From an uncultured Bacilli bacterium (GTDB lineage: Bacteria > Bacillota_I > Bacilli_A > RF39 > UBA660): 35,907 bases of DNA. The notes below the pieces were generated by a model. That model was not told the origin of the DNA. It did not search any database and saw nothing but the letters and a program-made list of their open reading frames with translations. Below are positions 17,283 through 27,044 of the stretch, in pieces. The stretch lies in contig CANRME010000003.1 in the NCBI GenBank assembly GCA_947631655.1, positions 1 to 35,907 on the forward strand, in the 5' to 3' direction. Positions within the stretch are counted from its first letter, which is position 1. Every line of letters begins with the position of its first letter. The translations under genes and the position numbers were made by a program.

Positions 17283-18566
17283 ATGAGAGGTTTTTTTATG
17301 AGATTATTTAATGGTAATCAAATTGATGACTATATGAGAGAAATATGGGAGAAAATAAGAGAAGATATTAACAATATACCTGATCAAGATATTTTGTCAC
17401 TCGATATCAACGATTTTGTTTCTTATTATTATGACAAATACCATGTTGAACCAATAACTCTTTTAAAAGAAGAAATTAATTCATCGATTGAAGAAACAAA
17501 AATAAAAAAAGATAATCCATTTTATAGAGATTTTGGTTATGGACTAGAGCAAAAATATTTTCTTGTCGATGGTTATAGAATTTATTATGATATTCCTTTT
17601 AATGGCGAATCCGATTTACTTTTTTTACAACCAACTATGAGGATATTAAAAAAATTTGAAATAGATAATATTAAAAATAGAAATAGTATGGATTATTTGC
17701 CTTTTATTTGCTTTTCAGTAGAAATAGAGGCACAAAAATTAGATGAAAGTGATAATCCACAACAATTAATAGATGATAACTTTAAGAGAGAATTTAGTAG
17801 TTATGAATCAATGATTTCAAATGTTAATGTTTCAATAAATAACTTTAATTCTAACCTAAAAAATAAAGTTAATGAGTTATTAACTGAAAAGTATAATAAA
17901 AGTAGTAAATTTTCTTCTTTAATGAGTAAAATAAATATTCCTTTAAAAAGGAATGATAAAGCTCCAAATGTAACTCCTTTAACATTAAATATAAAGAAAG
18001 AACCTATTAAATATCCAGAAAAAAAGAATGTTAGTATTGACTATTGCGTTTCAGAAGATGACTATATAAACATCAAAGAAATTATCAGTCAATCCTGTAT
18101 TTCTTTTGAAAGCACTTCTCTAACTTTTTGTAAATTAAGTGAAGAAGAACTAAGAGATGTAATTCTTTCTAACTTAAATACTCATTATGATAATAAAGCA
18201 ACTGGAGAAACATTTAGTAAAGTAGGAAAAACTGACATTAGGATTCAGTTTGATAATAAGGCTGCTTATATTGCAGAATGTAAAATATGGCATGGTATTA
18301 GTGAGTTTAAAAAGGCAGTTTCTCAATTATTTAGTTATACTAGGTGGAGAGATGTCAAAACTTCACTAATCATATTCAATAAGGATGTTAAAAACTTTTC
18401 TACAGTTTTATCTAAAATAGATAATGAATTACATACTAACGAACTGTGCATTAATGTTCAAAACATTGAAAAAAATTGTTGGCAATGTACTTTTAAAAAA
18501 TATAGTGATTGTGATGAATTAATTCAATTAAATATTCTTGTATGTGATTTATTTGCTGATAATTGA
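17283..18566 (+). CDS. Hypothetical protein with a C-terminal PD-(D/E)xK-like nuclease domain
   Basis: EEELRD..L..L.......ATGETF...GKTDI.I......IAECKIW. The true start may be ATG 17298 behind GAGG. Confidence 0.6.
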   Translation: MRGFFMRLFNGNQIDDYMREIWEKIREDINNIPDQDILSLDINDFVSYYYDKYHVEPITLLKEEINSSIEETKIKKDNPFYRDFGYGLEQKYFLVDGYRIYYDIPFNGESDLLFLQPTMRILKKFEIDNIKNRNSMDYLPFICFSVEIEAQKLDESDNPQQLIDDNFKREFSSYESMISNVNVSINNFNSNLKNKVNELLTEKYNKSSKFSSLMSKINIPLKRNDKAPNVTPLTLNIKKEPIKYPEKKNVSIDYCVSEDDYINIKEIISQSCISFESTSLTFCKLSEEELRDVILSNLNTHYDNKATGETFSKVGKTDIRIQFDNKAAYIAECKIWHGISEFKKAVSQLFSYTRWRDVKTSLIIFNKDVKNFSTVLSKIDNELHTNELCINVQNIEKNCWQCTFKKYSDCDELIQLNILVCDLFADN

Positions 18567-18579
18567 TTGAAAACAGGAG

Positions 18580-20130
18580 ATGATTAACTTGGACGACAAA
18601 AAATTAGAATTGATTTTAAAACATTTTATAGAGTTTGAAGAATTAGATTTTTCTCCAAAACAAAAATATTTAGATTTGTATAGTGATTATGATGAGAAAT
18701 TAAAAATGATTTTTGTTTACTTTCACCAAAGTTTAAATAGTTTGCTTGAATATATGAATAGCCGTGGTGCAGGTGCTCACTATACAGCAAATGAAAGTCG
18801 TGAACTAATATATTTAATTGATAAAATTAGAGAATTAAAAATGATTTTAGAAAAAACAAATTATTCTTTTGCTATAGATGATACATATGAAGAGTGGATG
18901 AATAACTGCGACAGTTTTTTATCACAATCAGGTGGAAGTGAAATACCTAGTGATTATAAAAGAGTTATTTTGAAAAATTATGATAAGATTTTTATTTTAA
19001 CAAATCAATCAAACACTAGTAATATTTCTAATAAAATAAAGTATACTTTGAAAGGTACAGGTGCTTTTGCAAAGGTATACTCTTATAACGAACCTCTATC
19101 AGGTAAAAAATTTGCTCTAAAAAGATTAAACAAAGACATTATCGGAAAAGAATTAGATAGATTTAAACTAGAATTTGAAAAGATGAATCAAATTAACAAT
19201 CCATATATTTTAAAAGCATATTCTTATGATGATAAAACTAATAGTTACATAATGGAATATTGTGACTGTACATTAAAAAAATTTATAGATGAGAACAACA
19301 ATAAACAATATATGGATGAAAAATATAGAAAAAATATTGCACTTCAATTTTTAAGAGGATTAAAATATTTACATTCCAAGGACTTATTACATAGAGATTT
19401 GAGTTTAAATAACGTTTTAATAAAACAATATGATGATCAATTTATCGTTGTTAAAATAGCAGATTTTGGTTTAATAAAGGATCTTAATTTGGATTTGACA
19501 AGTACTGATTCTGAAATAAGAGGAACAATTATTGATGATACTTTAACAAGTTTTAAAGATTATAATAAAAAAAATGAGATATATGCTATTGGTGTTATTT
19601 TATGGTTCATCTTTACAGGTAAACATAACTTGTCTCAAATAGATAATTCTAAAATAGGTAATATTGTAAAAAAATGTATTGATAGGGATCATAGTAAGAG
19701 ATATGATAACGTTGATGAAATTATAAAAGATGTTATTGATATTAACCATGATATACCTAATCAATTACCAAAAAAAGAATTAGGTTTAAAAACAATTGCT
19801 TCATTTTCGCAAATGACGGGTTTAGAATATGGAATTGATAAATATGGATTTGATTTTATTCGTGCCATGGTGGAAGATACTATTAATAATCAATTAATTT
19901 ATACACATGATTTGGTTGGGGAAAGATTTCAAACAACAGATGGTAAGTTTATTATTGAATTATCAAAAATACCAAATAGAGAAAAAATATATATTAAAGA
20001 TTCCTTTAATAAATTATTGACAGATAAGTATATTAAATCTTTAAATTCAGAAAACTCTCTTTTTGAATTAACAAAAAAAGGATACGAAATTTATGATTTA
20101 TTTAAAAAAAATGGATTTAAGTATTCATAG
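18580..20130 (+). CDS. Hanks-type Ser/Thr kinase with an Abi-associated-type N-terminal domain
   Basis: GTGAFAKV, ALKR, HRDLSLNN and ADFG. The N-terminus reads HYTANESREL...FLSQSGGSEIP. Confidence 0.88.
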   Translation: MINLDDKKLELILKHFIEFEELDFSPKQKYLDLYSDYDEKLKMIFVYFHQSLNSLLEYMNSRGAGAHYTANESRELIYLIDKIRELKMILEKTNYSFAIDDTYEEWMNNCDSFLSQSGGSEIPSDYKRVILKNYDKIFILTNQSNTSNISNKIKYTLKGTGAFAKVYSYNEPLSGKKFALKRLNKDIIGKELDRFKLEFEKMNQINNPYILKAYSYDDKTNSYIMEYCDCTLKKFIDENNNKQYMDEKYRKNIALQFLRGLKYLHSKDLLHRDLSLNNVLIKQYDDQFIVVKIADFGLIKDLNLDLTSTDSEIRGTIIDDTLTSFKDYNKKNEIYAIGVILWFIFTGKHNLSQIDNSKIGNIVKKCIDRDHSKRYDNVDEIIKDVIDINHDIPNQLPKKELGLKTIASFSQMTGLEYGIDKYGFDFIRAMVEDTINNQLIYTHDLVGERFQTTDGKFIIELSKIPNREKIYIKDSFNKLLTDKYIKSLNSENSLFELTKKGYEIYDLFKKNGFKYS

Positions 20131-20210
20131 AACGTCAAGCTTGTATATTTTAAAGATGTATGATACAATGACCTTGCCGTTGGAGTTAATCCAGTTTAAT
20201 TTTAGAAAAT

Positions 20211-20240
20211 GTGTTGTATAATCAAGTCAACACCCTGCCA
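20211..20240. other. Distal attR-like site
   Basis: CCCTGCCA is identical to the last 8 nt of tRNA-Trp and is followed by a hairpin and terminator. Confidence 0.55.
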
Positions 20241-20279
20241 AGACAAGCATTCGCTTATTATAGCGATTTATTATAAAGT

Positions 20280-20305
20280 ATCTAGTATTTTTACTAGATT
20301 TTTTT
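20280..20305 (+). terminator. Intrinsic terminator (possibly the original tRNA-Trp terminator)
   Basis: ATCTAGTA-tttt-TACTAGAT followed by a T-run. Confidence 0.65.
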
Positions 20306-20440
20306 ATTTTCAATATGCGCCATCTAAAACAAAATCACATTCTTTATTGCAATATTTAATCTTAAGTCTTTTAAAATTTTTTGTAACCATTATCGAAAAT
20401 AAAACGTCTATATAATGAGTCGACTTAATGGAGGTAGCAA

Positions 20441-20920
20441 TTGAAAAATAATATTAACTTTAAAATAGAAACAATCATTGATGAATATTCAAATTATATT
20501 TTTAAAATTGTAAACAACATTGTTAGTACTTCTCTACCATATCAAGATAAAGAGGAAATAGTAGCAGATGTATTTTTTCTGTTATGGAAAAATCAAGAAT
20601 ATATTAATAAAGATTTAAAATCATATCTCGCCGCTATTGCTAAAAACTCTGCATATTCCAAACTTCGAAATAAAAAAATCACTCTTGAATTAAAAGATGA
20701 ATTAATTACGGATAATTTAACTTTTGATACAGATAACGTGATTGATGAAATACTTGTAAGACAGAAAATAGAGGAATTAAGTGAAATAGAAAAAACTATT
20801 TTTACTCTTTATTATGTCGATGGATACAAAATAAAAGAAATTGCCAAAAAATTAAAATTAAGTTCTAGTGGAATAAAGATGAAACTCTATCGGATTAGAA
20901 AAAAATTAAAGGAGGAATAG
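20441..20920 (+). CDS. ECF sigma-70 factor
   Basis: TTG start with SD GGAGG; region 2 (EEIVADVFFLLW...KSYLAAIAKN) and region 4 (IKEIAKKL.LS.SGIKMKLYR.RKKL). Confidence 0.9.
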   Translation: MKNNINFKIETIIDEYSNYIFKIVNNIVSTSLPYQDKEEIVADVFFLLWKNQEYINKDLKSYLAAIAKNSAYSKLRNKKITLELKDELITDNLTFDTDNVIDEILVRQKIEELSEIEKTIFTLYYVDGYKIKEIAKKLKLSSSGIKMKLYRIRKKLKEE

Positions 20921-20921
20921 T

Positions 20922-21326
20922 ATGAATCAATTTGATACTCACCAAATAAAAGAGATAACAAATCAATTAATTGGTTATGAAAATTTTAAAAGGGAGGAAA
21001 AAATGAAAAAAAGAAAACTACGAAATATTGTTTTTGTATTTGTAGGAATCATTTTACTAGGTATCAGTACCATGACGGTCAATGCGTTAACAAATAATGC
21101 GGTAGATGAAGCCATTAAAAAAATGATACCATTTAAAATTGTTAGTAAAAACGAGGAAGATATGAAAAATGCAACTTGTACCGAACTAGACAATGGAAAT
21201 GTTTCTTGTACTATTGAGCAAGAATCAGAAAATGGGGATAATAAATTTGAAATAACGGTGGAGTATGATCCAACTTATGATAAAACAAAAGGGGAAACAT
21301 TTTTGTATGAATATAGTGCAAAATAG
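20922..21326 (+). CDS. Putative membrane-anchored anti-sigma factor
   Basis: Starts 1 nt after the sigma gene; basic patch, single TM helix and a small extracellular domain with a Cys pair. Confidence 0.6.
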   Translation: MNQFDTHQIKEITNQLIGYENFKREEKMKKRKLRNIVFVFVGIILLGISTMTVNALTNNAVDEAIKKMIPFKIVSKNEEDMKNATCTELDNGNVSCTIEQESENGDNKFEITVEYDPTYDKTKGETFLYEYSAK

Positions 21327-21518
21327 TATTTGAAATAAACGACTAATTTTAAATAAATCATTAGGCAAGCGGTCAGGAATATATCGTTTGCTCTTTTTGT
21401 GGTATAATTTTAACAAAATGAATAGTATTTTGGAGCGGAAACAACTCTGTATCAGATTTTCTTTTTCGCTAGTATCTTTGGTACAGAAACGATAAAAATT
21501 CTATTGACATAATGTAGA

Positions 21519-21552
21519 TTTTAATATTTCTTTAATTTTTGTGATATATACT
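21519..21552 (+). promoter_or_regulatory. Putative response-regulator box and -10 element
   Basis: TTTTAATATTTCTTTAAT, then TATACT 10 nt later. Confidence 0.6.
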
Positions 21553-21574
21553 TTTAGAAGTTGGAGGTGGTAAG

Positions 21575-22252
21575 ATGAGAATTTTAGTTGTGGAAGATGA
21601 AGAAACAATCGCTGATATTATAGCGACAAAACTACGATGCGAAAAATATGAAGTTGATACAAGTTATGATGGCGAAGAGGGGTTATATAATGCCATCTCA
21701 AACATATATAATCTAATCATTCTTGATATCATGTTACCTAAAATGAATGGTTTAGAAATACTAAAAGAAATAAAAGAAAATGATATAAATGCGAAAGTCA
21801 TCATACTTACTGCCAAATCGGAACTGGATGATAAACTAAAAGGCTTTGATACTGGAGCAGATGATTATGTAACAAAACCTTTTCATATCGAAGAATTAAT
21901 TGCGAGGGTAAATGTTCAATTACGAAATAAAGGAAATCATAAAGTAAAAGATACATTAGAATATAGTGATTTATCCCTAAATATTAGAACTTCTACCCTA
22001 ACTTGTAAAAATACCAATGAGTCAATCAATATTCCTTATCGAGAATTCTTACTACTGGAATATTTTATGAATAATAGAGAACAAATTATATCAAAAGAAC
22101 AAATTTATGATAAAGTTTGGGGAATTGATACAGATTATGAGTCCAATAATTTAGAGGCATACTTATCTTTTTTAAGAAAGAAAATAAAAATTATTGGATC
22201 AAAAGTAGGCATTAAAGCCGTTCGTAATTTAGGTTATAAAATGGAGGAATAA
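21575..22252 (+). CDS. OmpR/PhoB-family response regulator
   Basis: ILVVEDE, LDIMLP, LTAK, GADDYVTKPF and a C-terminal wHTH (VRNLGY). Confidence 0.95.
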   Translation: MRILVVEDEETIADIIATKLRCEKYEVDTSYDGEEGLYNAISNIYNLIILDIMLPKMNGLEILKEIKENDINAKVIILTAKSELDDKLKGFDTGADDYVTKPFHIEELIARVNVQLRNKGNHKVKDTLEYSDLSLNIRTSTLTCKNTNESINIPYREFLLLEYFMNNREQIISKEQIYDKVWGIDTDYESNNLEAYLSFLRKKIKIIGSKVGIKAVRNLGYKMEE

Positions 22253-22258
22253 AGGGAT

Positions 22259-23488
22259 ATGGAAAACTTAAAGAAGAAAACATTTTTTACCATTTTTATT
22301 ATCATCTCTTTATTCGCTATGTTTTTCGCTACTTTCTTTCATATTCAAACCTATCATAGAGAATATATTGGAATCTTAAATAATTTAACAAAGATGAGAA
22401 ATTTAACCAATCAAAGACCTGAACCTTTTGATAAAGAAATGAAACCGATAAATGATGATCTACACAATAGAAAAGTGATGGATTATGAAGTTTATACTTT
22501 TATCTTAAACGATAATAATGATATTGTTGATAAAATAAGTCACAGTGATAATACGATTAGTGAAGAAATCACAACTAAAGCGAAAAATATTATTGATAAT
22601 AATAACAAAAGTAAAGTAAAAATTGGATTTTTATATTGGAATAAATATGCTTACAATTATGAAGAAGGGAAATCTTTAACAATTGTAAATATTTCTAATA
22701 CTAGAAATATGTTACTCACGAACTTACTAATCTCCTTATTATTAGTAGGTATTGGGGAACTAGTTATTTATATCATTTCTAAAAAAATAACAGAATGGAT
22801 TACGAAACCAGTTCTTGAAAGTTTTCATAGAGAAAAAGAATTTGTTGCGAATGCTTCTCATGAACTAAAAACTCCACTTGCTGTTATGATGGCAAATATT
22901 GATTGTTTAGATGTGAATAAGAAAAACGAAAAATGGATTAATAACTTAAAAAGTGAATCGGATCGAATGAGCAATTTAATAACAAGATTACTTGATTTAT
23001 CGAAAACGGAATACTTAAAAAAAGAGAATTTTAGTAAAAATGATATTTCTATGATTATAGAGAAAAGAGCGTTAATATTTGAAAGTTTAGCATACGAAAA
23101 AAATATAACCATAGAAACGAATATTGCTGAAAAAGTAAATCTCTTTTGCCATAAAGAAAGCATCGATGAATTAGCGTCTATTTTAATTGATAATGCGATA
23201 AGTCACGGAAAAGAAAATAGTAAAATTCAAGTGAACCTTACAAGTAATAAATCGGAAATAAAATTAGAAGTAACTAACAAGGGTGACCCTATACCACCTG
23301 ATGAATGTGAAAAAATATTTGAGAGATTTTATCGAAATGATAAAAGTCATAATCGTAAAAGTGGAAGATATGGCTTAGGTCTTGCCATTGCCAAGAATAT
23401 TGTAAAAGCCCATAATGGTAATATTCGAGCTTATTCCAAAGATGGAACTACGACTTTTGAAGTGGATTTTAAAACAAATGAACATTAA
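22259..23488 (+). CDS. Sensor histidine kinase (2 TM)
   Basis: ANASHELKTPL, IDNA, IFERFYR and GLGLAIA. Confidence 0.95.
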   Translation: MENLKKKTFFTIFIIISLFAMFFATFFHIQTYHREYIGILNNLTKMRNLTNQRPEPFDKEMKPINDDLHNRKVMDYEVYTFILNDNNDIVDKISHSDNTISEEITTKAKNIIDNNNKSKVKIGFLYWNKYAYNYEEGKSLTIVNISNTRNMLLTNLLISLLLVGIGELVIYIISKKITEWITKPVLESFHREKEFVANASHELKTPLAVMMANIDCLDVNKKNEKWINNLKSESDRMSNLITRLLDLSKTEYLKKENFSKNDISMIIEKRALIFESLAYEKNITIETNIAEKVNLFCHKESIDELASILIDNAISHGKENSKIQVNLTSNKSEIKLEVTNKGDPIPPDECEKIFERFYRNDKSHNRKSGRYGLGLAIAKNIVKAHNGNIRAYSKDGTTTFEVDFKTNEH

Positions 23489-23510
23489 CGAAAAAAAGTT
23501 AATGTTTTTT
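23481..23510 (+). terminator. Intrinsic terminator after the kinase gene
   Basis: AACATTAAC-N8-GTTAATGTT followed by a T-run. Confidence 0.6.
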
Positions 23511-23540
23511 AATGTTTCTTTAATATTTACATAATAAAAT
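23507..23540 (+). promoter_or_regulatory. Second copy of the response-regulator box and -10 element
   Basis: TTTTAATGTTTCTTTAAT, then TAAAAT 10 nt later. Confidence 0.6.
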
Positions 23541-23565
23541 GATATTGTTTTCAAGGAGGAAGATT

Positions 23566-25032
23566 ATGTTTATATTAAAAAATGCATGGATTTCAATTAA
23601 AAGAAATAAAGGAAGGAATATTTTAATAGGAATCATTATTTTAATAATTGCATGTGCTTGTACGATAACACTAGCGATAAAAAATACAGCTGTAGATTTA
23701 ATAGATTCTTATAAGAATGCTTATGACAAAGAAGTAACCATTAGTTTTGATAGATCGAATATGATGAAAGACTTTGACCCATCCCAATCAGAAGGAAGAG
23801 AAAATGCTAGAGAAAAATTTGATAATATTGCAAGTTACACCATTAGTGATGTTCTATCTTTTGCGGATAGTGAATATATTGAAAGTTATTATTATACTTA
23901 TGGTGTTGGCTTGAATGGAAACAATATTGAAAAGGCTGAAATTGAGTCAAATAATAATATGCCAAACGGATTTGGTCATGGAAAAGAAAACAATATATCA
24001 TCTACTGATTTTACTTTAACTGGTTATAGTTCATTAGATGCTATGAGTGAATTTATAAATGGTACTTATACCATGAATGAAATAACGGAGAATGCATGGG
24101 ACATTGCCTTTGATGGTAACTATGTATTTATCAATCAAGAACTTGCGGATTATAATAATCTAAATTTAAATGACAAAATAGTCCTAGAAGATGAAGAGGG
24201 AAATACTTATGAATTCGAAATCATTGGTATTTTTAAAGAAAACGAAGAAGGAAACGGAGAGCCAATGTCGATGTTTTCCAATTCAGCGAATACTCTGGTA
24301 ACAAATGCCAGTGCGGTAACAAGTATTACTACAAGTAACGAAGATTTACAAGCGACAATTAATCCAACATTTATTATAGATTCTTATGATAACGTAGAAA
24401 AACTACAAGACGAATTTTACGAAAAAGGGTTAGATGAAAATTTTGTTCTTCAAACGAACGAAGAAATAGCATTAAGCGGAGTTTCAAGCATTGAAAATAT
24501 TAACTCTTTTGCAACAACATTTTTAGTTATCACTCTTATTATTGGTGGAATTGTTTTATTTGTAATCAACATGATCAATATTCGTGAAAGAAAATACGAA
24601 ATAGGAGTTTTAAGAACCATCGGTATTAGTAAGGTTAAATTAACGATGCAGTTTGTATCAGAACTTGTGATTGTTTCTGTTGTTGCTCTTGTACTGGGTG
24701 CAGGAATTGGGGCAGTAAGTTCGAAAGGAGTAAGTAATTCTTTACTAGAAAGTGAAATAAATAGTAGTAATGAAAGAACAGAAGAAATTGGTAAAAACTT
24801 TGGTGGACCAAATGGGAATGAAGGAATGCCAGATCGTGGAAATAGAGACGAAATGAGAGGAAAAGGTATGCCCGTGGTTCAAGCATACGATTCGATTGAT
24901 GCAGTCGTAGATATGAAAGTTTTACTAGAATTACTTGGTATTGGACTTTCATTAGTATTGGTAAGTTCCATTGCCTCAATGGTTAGTATTCAAAGATTTT
25001 CACCACTTACAATATTGAAAGAGAGGTCTTAA
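23566..25032 (+). CDS. MacB/FtsX-family ABC permease (YclI-like)
   Basis: One TM, a large extracellular domain, RERKYEIGVLRTIG and 3 TM. The start is at 23566 behind AGGAGG. Confidence 0.9.
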   Translation: MFILKNAWISIKRNKGRNILIGIIILIIACACTITLAIKNTAVDLIDSYKNAYDKEVTISFDRSNMMKDFDPSQSEGRENAREKFDNIASYTISDVLSFADSEYIESYYYTYGVGLNGNNIEKAEIESNNNMPNGFGHGKENNISSTDFTLTGYSSLDAMSEFINGTYTMNEITENAWDIAFDGNYVFINQELADYNNLNLNDKIVLEDEEGNTYEFEIIGIFKENEEGNGEPMSMFSNSANTLVTNASAVTSITTSNEDLQATINPTFIIDSYDNVEKLQDEFYEKGLDENFVLQTNEEIALSGVSSIENINSFATTFLVITLIIGGIVLFVINMINIRERKYEIGVLRTIGISKVKLTMQFVSELVIVSVVALVLGAGIGAVSSKGVSNSLLESEINSSNERTEEIGKNFGGPNGNEGMPDRGNRDEMRGKGMPVVQAYDSIDAVVDMKVLLELLGIGLSLVLVSSIASMVSIQRFSPLTILKERS

Positions 25033-25034
25033 TA

Positions 25035-25829
25035 ATGGCAGATAAGGAAAAGAATAACTATGTTTCAAAAGATAAACTTGGGAAAAATTTTACTCACAAA
25101 AAACAAATAGTTAAAAATAATGAAGTAAAAGATAATAAAGAGATGAAAGAAAAAAATACTTCTTCAAAAGACATTATTTTAAGTATTAAAAATGCAAGTT
25201 ATCGATATAGTGATGCGGAAGAAAATGACTATGCATTAAGAAATGTTAGTTTTGATTTTGAAAGTGGAAAAATATATGCTATCAGAGGTCGAAGTGGTAC
25301 TGGAAAAACAACATTATTATCTTTAATAAGTGGATTGGAAAGATGCACAGAAGGGGAAATTATTTTTGATGGCAAAAGTCTAAAAGATAGGAATTTAGAT
25401 AAGTATCGTAATAGTGATATTGGTATCGTCTTTCAAAGTTATAATTTATTGCCCTTTATGACAGCTAGCGAAAATATCATTCTTTCGATGGACGCAAATG
25501 GCTTAAAACTGAAAAACAAAAAAGAAAAAGCCATCGAGCTTATGGAAAAAGTCGGCTTGAAAGAAACTTATGCAGATCGTAAAGTTTTAAGATTATCAGG
25601 TGGGGAGCAACAAAGAGTGGCTATCGCAAGAAGCCTATCTTATAACCCTAAAATGATAATTGCTGATGAACCAACTGGAAACCTTGATAAGCAGACAGAG
25701 ACTGAAATTCTAGAAATATTTGAAAAGTTAGCCCATGAAGAAAAGAAATGTGTCATTATCGTAACTCATTCTCAAAATGTATGCGACGCTGTTGATGTAA
25801 TATATGACTTGAAGAAAGTGGCAAAGTAA
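25035..25829 (+). CDS. MacB/LolD-type ABC ATPase
   Basis: GRSGTGKT, LSGGEQQR, ADEPTGNLD and VTH. Confidence 0.95.
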   Translation: MADKEKNNYVSKDKLGKNFTHKKQIVKNNEVKDNKEMKEKNTSSKDIILSIKNASYRYSDAEENDYALRNVSFDFESGKIYAIRGRSGTGKTTLLSLISGLERCTEGEIIFDGKSLKDRNLDKYRNSDIGIVFQSYNLLPFMTASENIILSMDANGLKLKNKKEKAIELMEKVGLKETYADRKVLRLSGGEQQRVAIARSLSYNPKMIIADEPTGNLDKQTETEILEIFEKLAHEEKKCVIIVTHSQNVCDAVDVIYDLKKVAK

Positions 25830-26128
25830 GTAAATATAGATATTAGCAAACTCTATTGGGAGATTTTCTTTTTTGACATTCTAAGATATAATATCGAATG
25901 AACAAAATTACAAGTTGATTTTAAAGAAAACTATCAAGTAAAATTTTGGGATTGTGGAATCAAATATCGTCTAAGCAAATGCCAGAATTTTATAAAAACA
26001 GTAGTTTCTGAAATAGAGAAGGTTAGTGCTATAATGATATTACCTGAAAAGAAAGAGGATAACGTCAATACCATAATACGAGGTTTGGTTATAATTGTTC
26101 GTTTCAAACATAATGGAGTGAATGGAAT

Positions 26129-26815
26129 ATGAGGAAAAGTAATTTGTTCAAGGCAACGATTTCTTTTGAAAATAATCATTACATGAATATAACTTTATAT
26201 TTAGTTTATAATGGGAACGAAAAATTAAAGAATGAAATTCCCCAAATAAAATTTAAAAAATGGGGAGATAAACATTTTTTAACGGTTGATATAAAAGATA
26301 TTAAAATTTTGGAAAAATTAAAGAATATCAGTGAATCCGACAAACGATATATAAACGATGTATTTGAATACGTAAAAACACATCAACAGCTCCTATTAGA
26401 TTATTGGAATGCTGATATACCAGAGTTTGAAGCAAAACAAATATTTTTTGATGAAACAAATAATCATTTTGGATGTACGAATTTAAGTAAGAGAAAAACC
26501 GGTTTACCGATGAATTTAGTTGTTTATTGTAACTATACACTGGATAGAGATAATATATTATTTTTTCAAAATGATTACGAAAAATTAAACTATCATAATA
26601 TGATAATGATGAGTATTGATAAAGATCATCCACAAGTATTAGTAAACAGAAAAATAAATATAAAAGAAGAGAATATGGAGTTATTAAAAAATTTTATAAA
26701 AAAGTATTATAAAATATTAACAGAATATAACGATGATCAATTACATGATAGTGAGATATTTAGTTTCATCGACGAAAGTGTAAAAGAAGCGAAAAAAGAG
26801 AGTAATGATGAATGA
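26129..26815 (+). CDS. Hypothetical protein with two internally similar domains
   Basis: 228-aa ORF. The halves end in similar helices (FEYVKTHQQLLLDYWN and KNFIKKYYKILTEYND). Confidence 0.6.
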   Translation: MRKSNLFKATISFENNHYMNITLYLVYNGNEKLKNEIPQIKFKKWGDKHFLTVDIKDIKILEKLKNISESDKRYINDVFEYVKTHQQLLLDYWNADIPEFEAKQIFFDETNNHFGCTNLSKRKTGLPMNLVVYCNYTLDRDNILFFQNDYEKLNYHNMIMMSIDKDHPQVLVNRKINIKEENMELLKNFIKKYYKILTEYNDDQLHDSEIFSFIDESVKEAKKESNDE

Positions 26816-26947
26816 AGGCTAATAATGTCCCAGTCATTATACTCTCTTTTTCTATTGTTTTGATTTTGAAGATACTATTTTTAAGGGAAAGAATACTATG
26901 AAAAAAGAACGAAAAACTTTTAACAGTAAATAGTGACAAGAAAACAC

Positions 26948-26976
26948 TTTACTTTACAGTAAAAATGATGTATAAT
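26948..26976 (+). promoter_or_regulatory. SigA promoter with a palindrome over the -35 box
   Basis: TTTACT-17-TATAAT; dyad TTTACT-ttac-AGTAAA. Confidence 0.5.
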
Positions 26977-27044
26977 ATTGCCAACAACAGGGGGGAATCC
27001 TTTCCCATCATTGTATATAATATATAATAGAGGAGGAATAAATT

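Larger units (their letters stand above)
9029..20240. mobile_element. ~11.2 kb recombinase-less defence cassette (tier 2)
   Basis: Bounded by CTGCCA (9023) and CCCTGCCA (20233-20240). It is very AT-rich and carries only defence-type genes. Confidence 0.6.

Noticed and set aside
9192-20130. DISARM, BREX, Druantia or Gabija assignment
   Set aside because: The required partners (SNF2 helicase, DUF1998, PglZ, OLD-family ATPase) are not evident.
20209-20415. 68-aa ORF
   Set aside because: It has no SD and spans the att-like site and a terminator.
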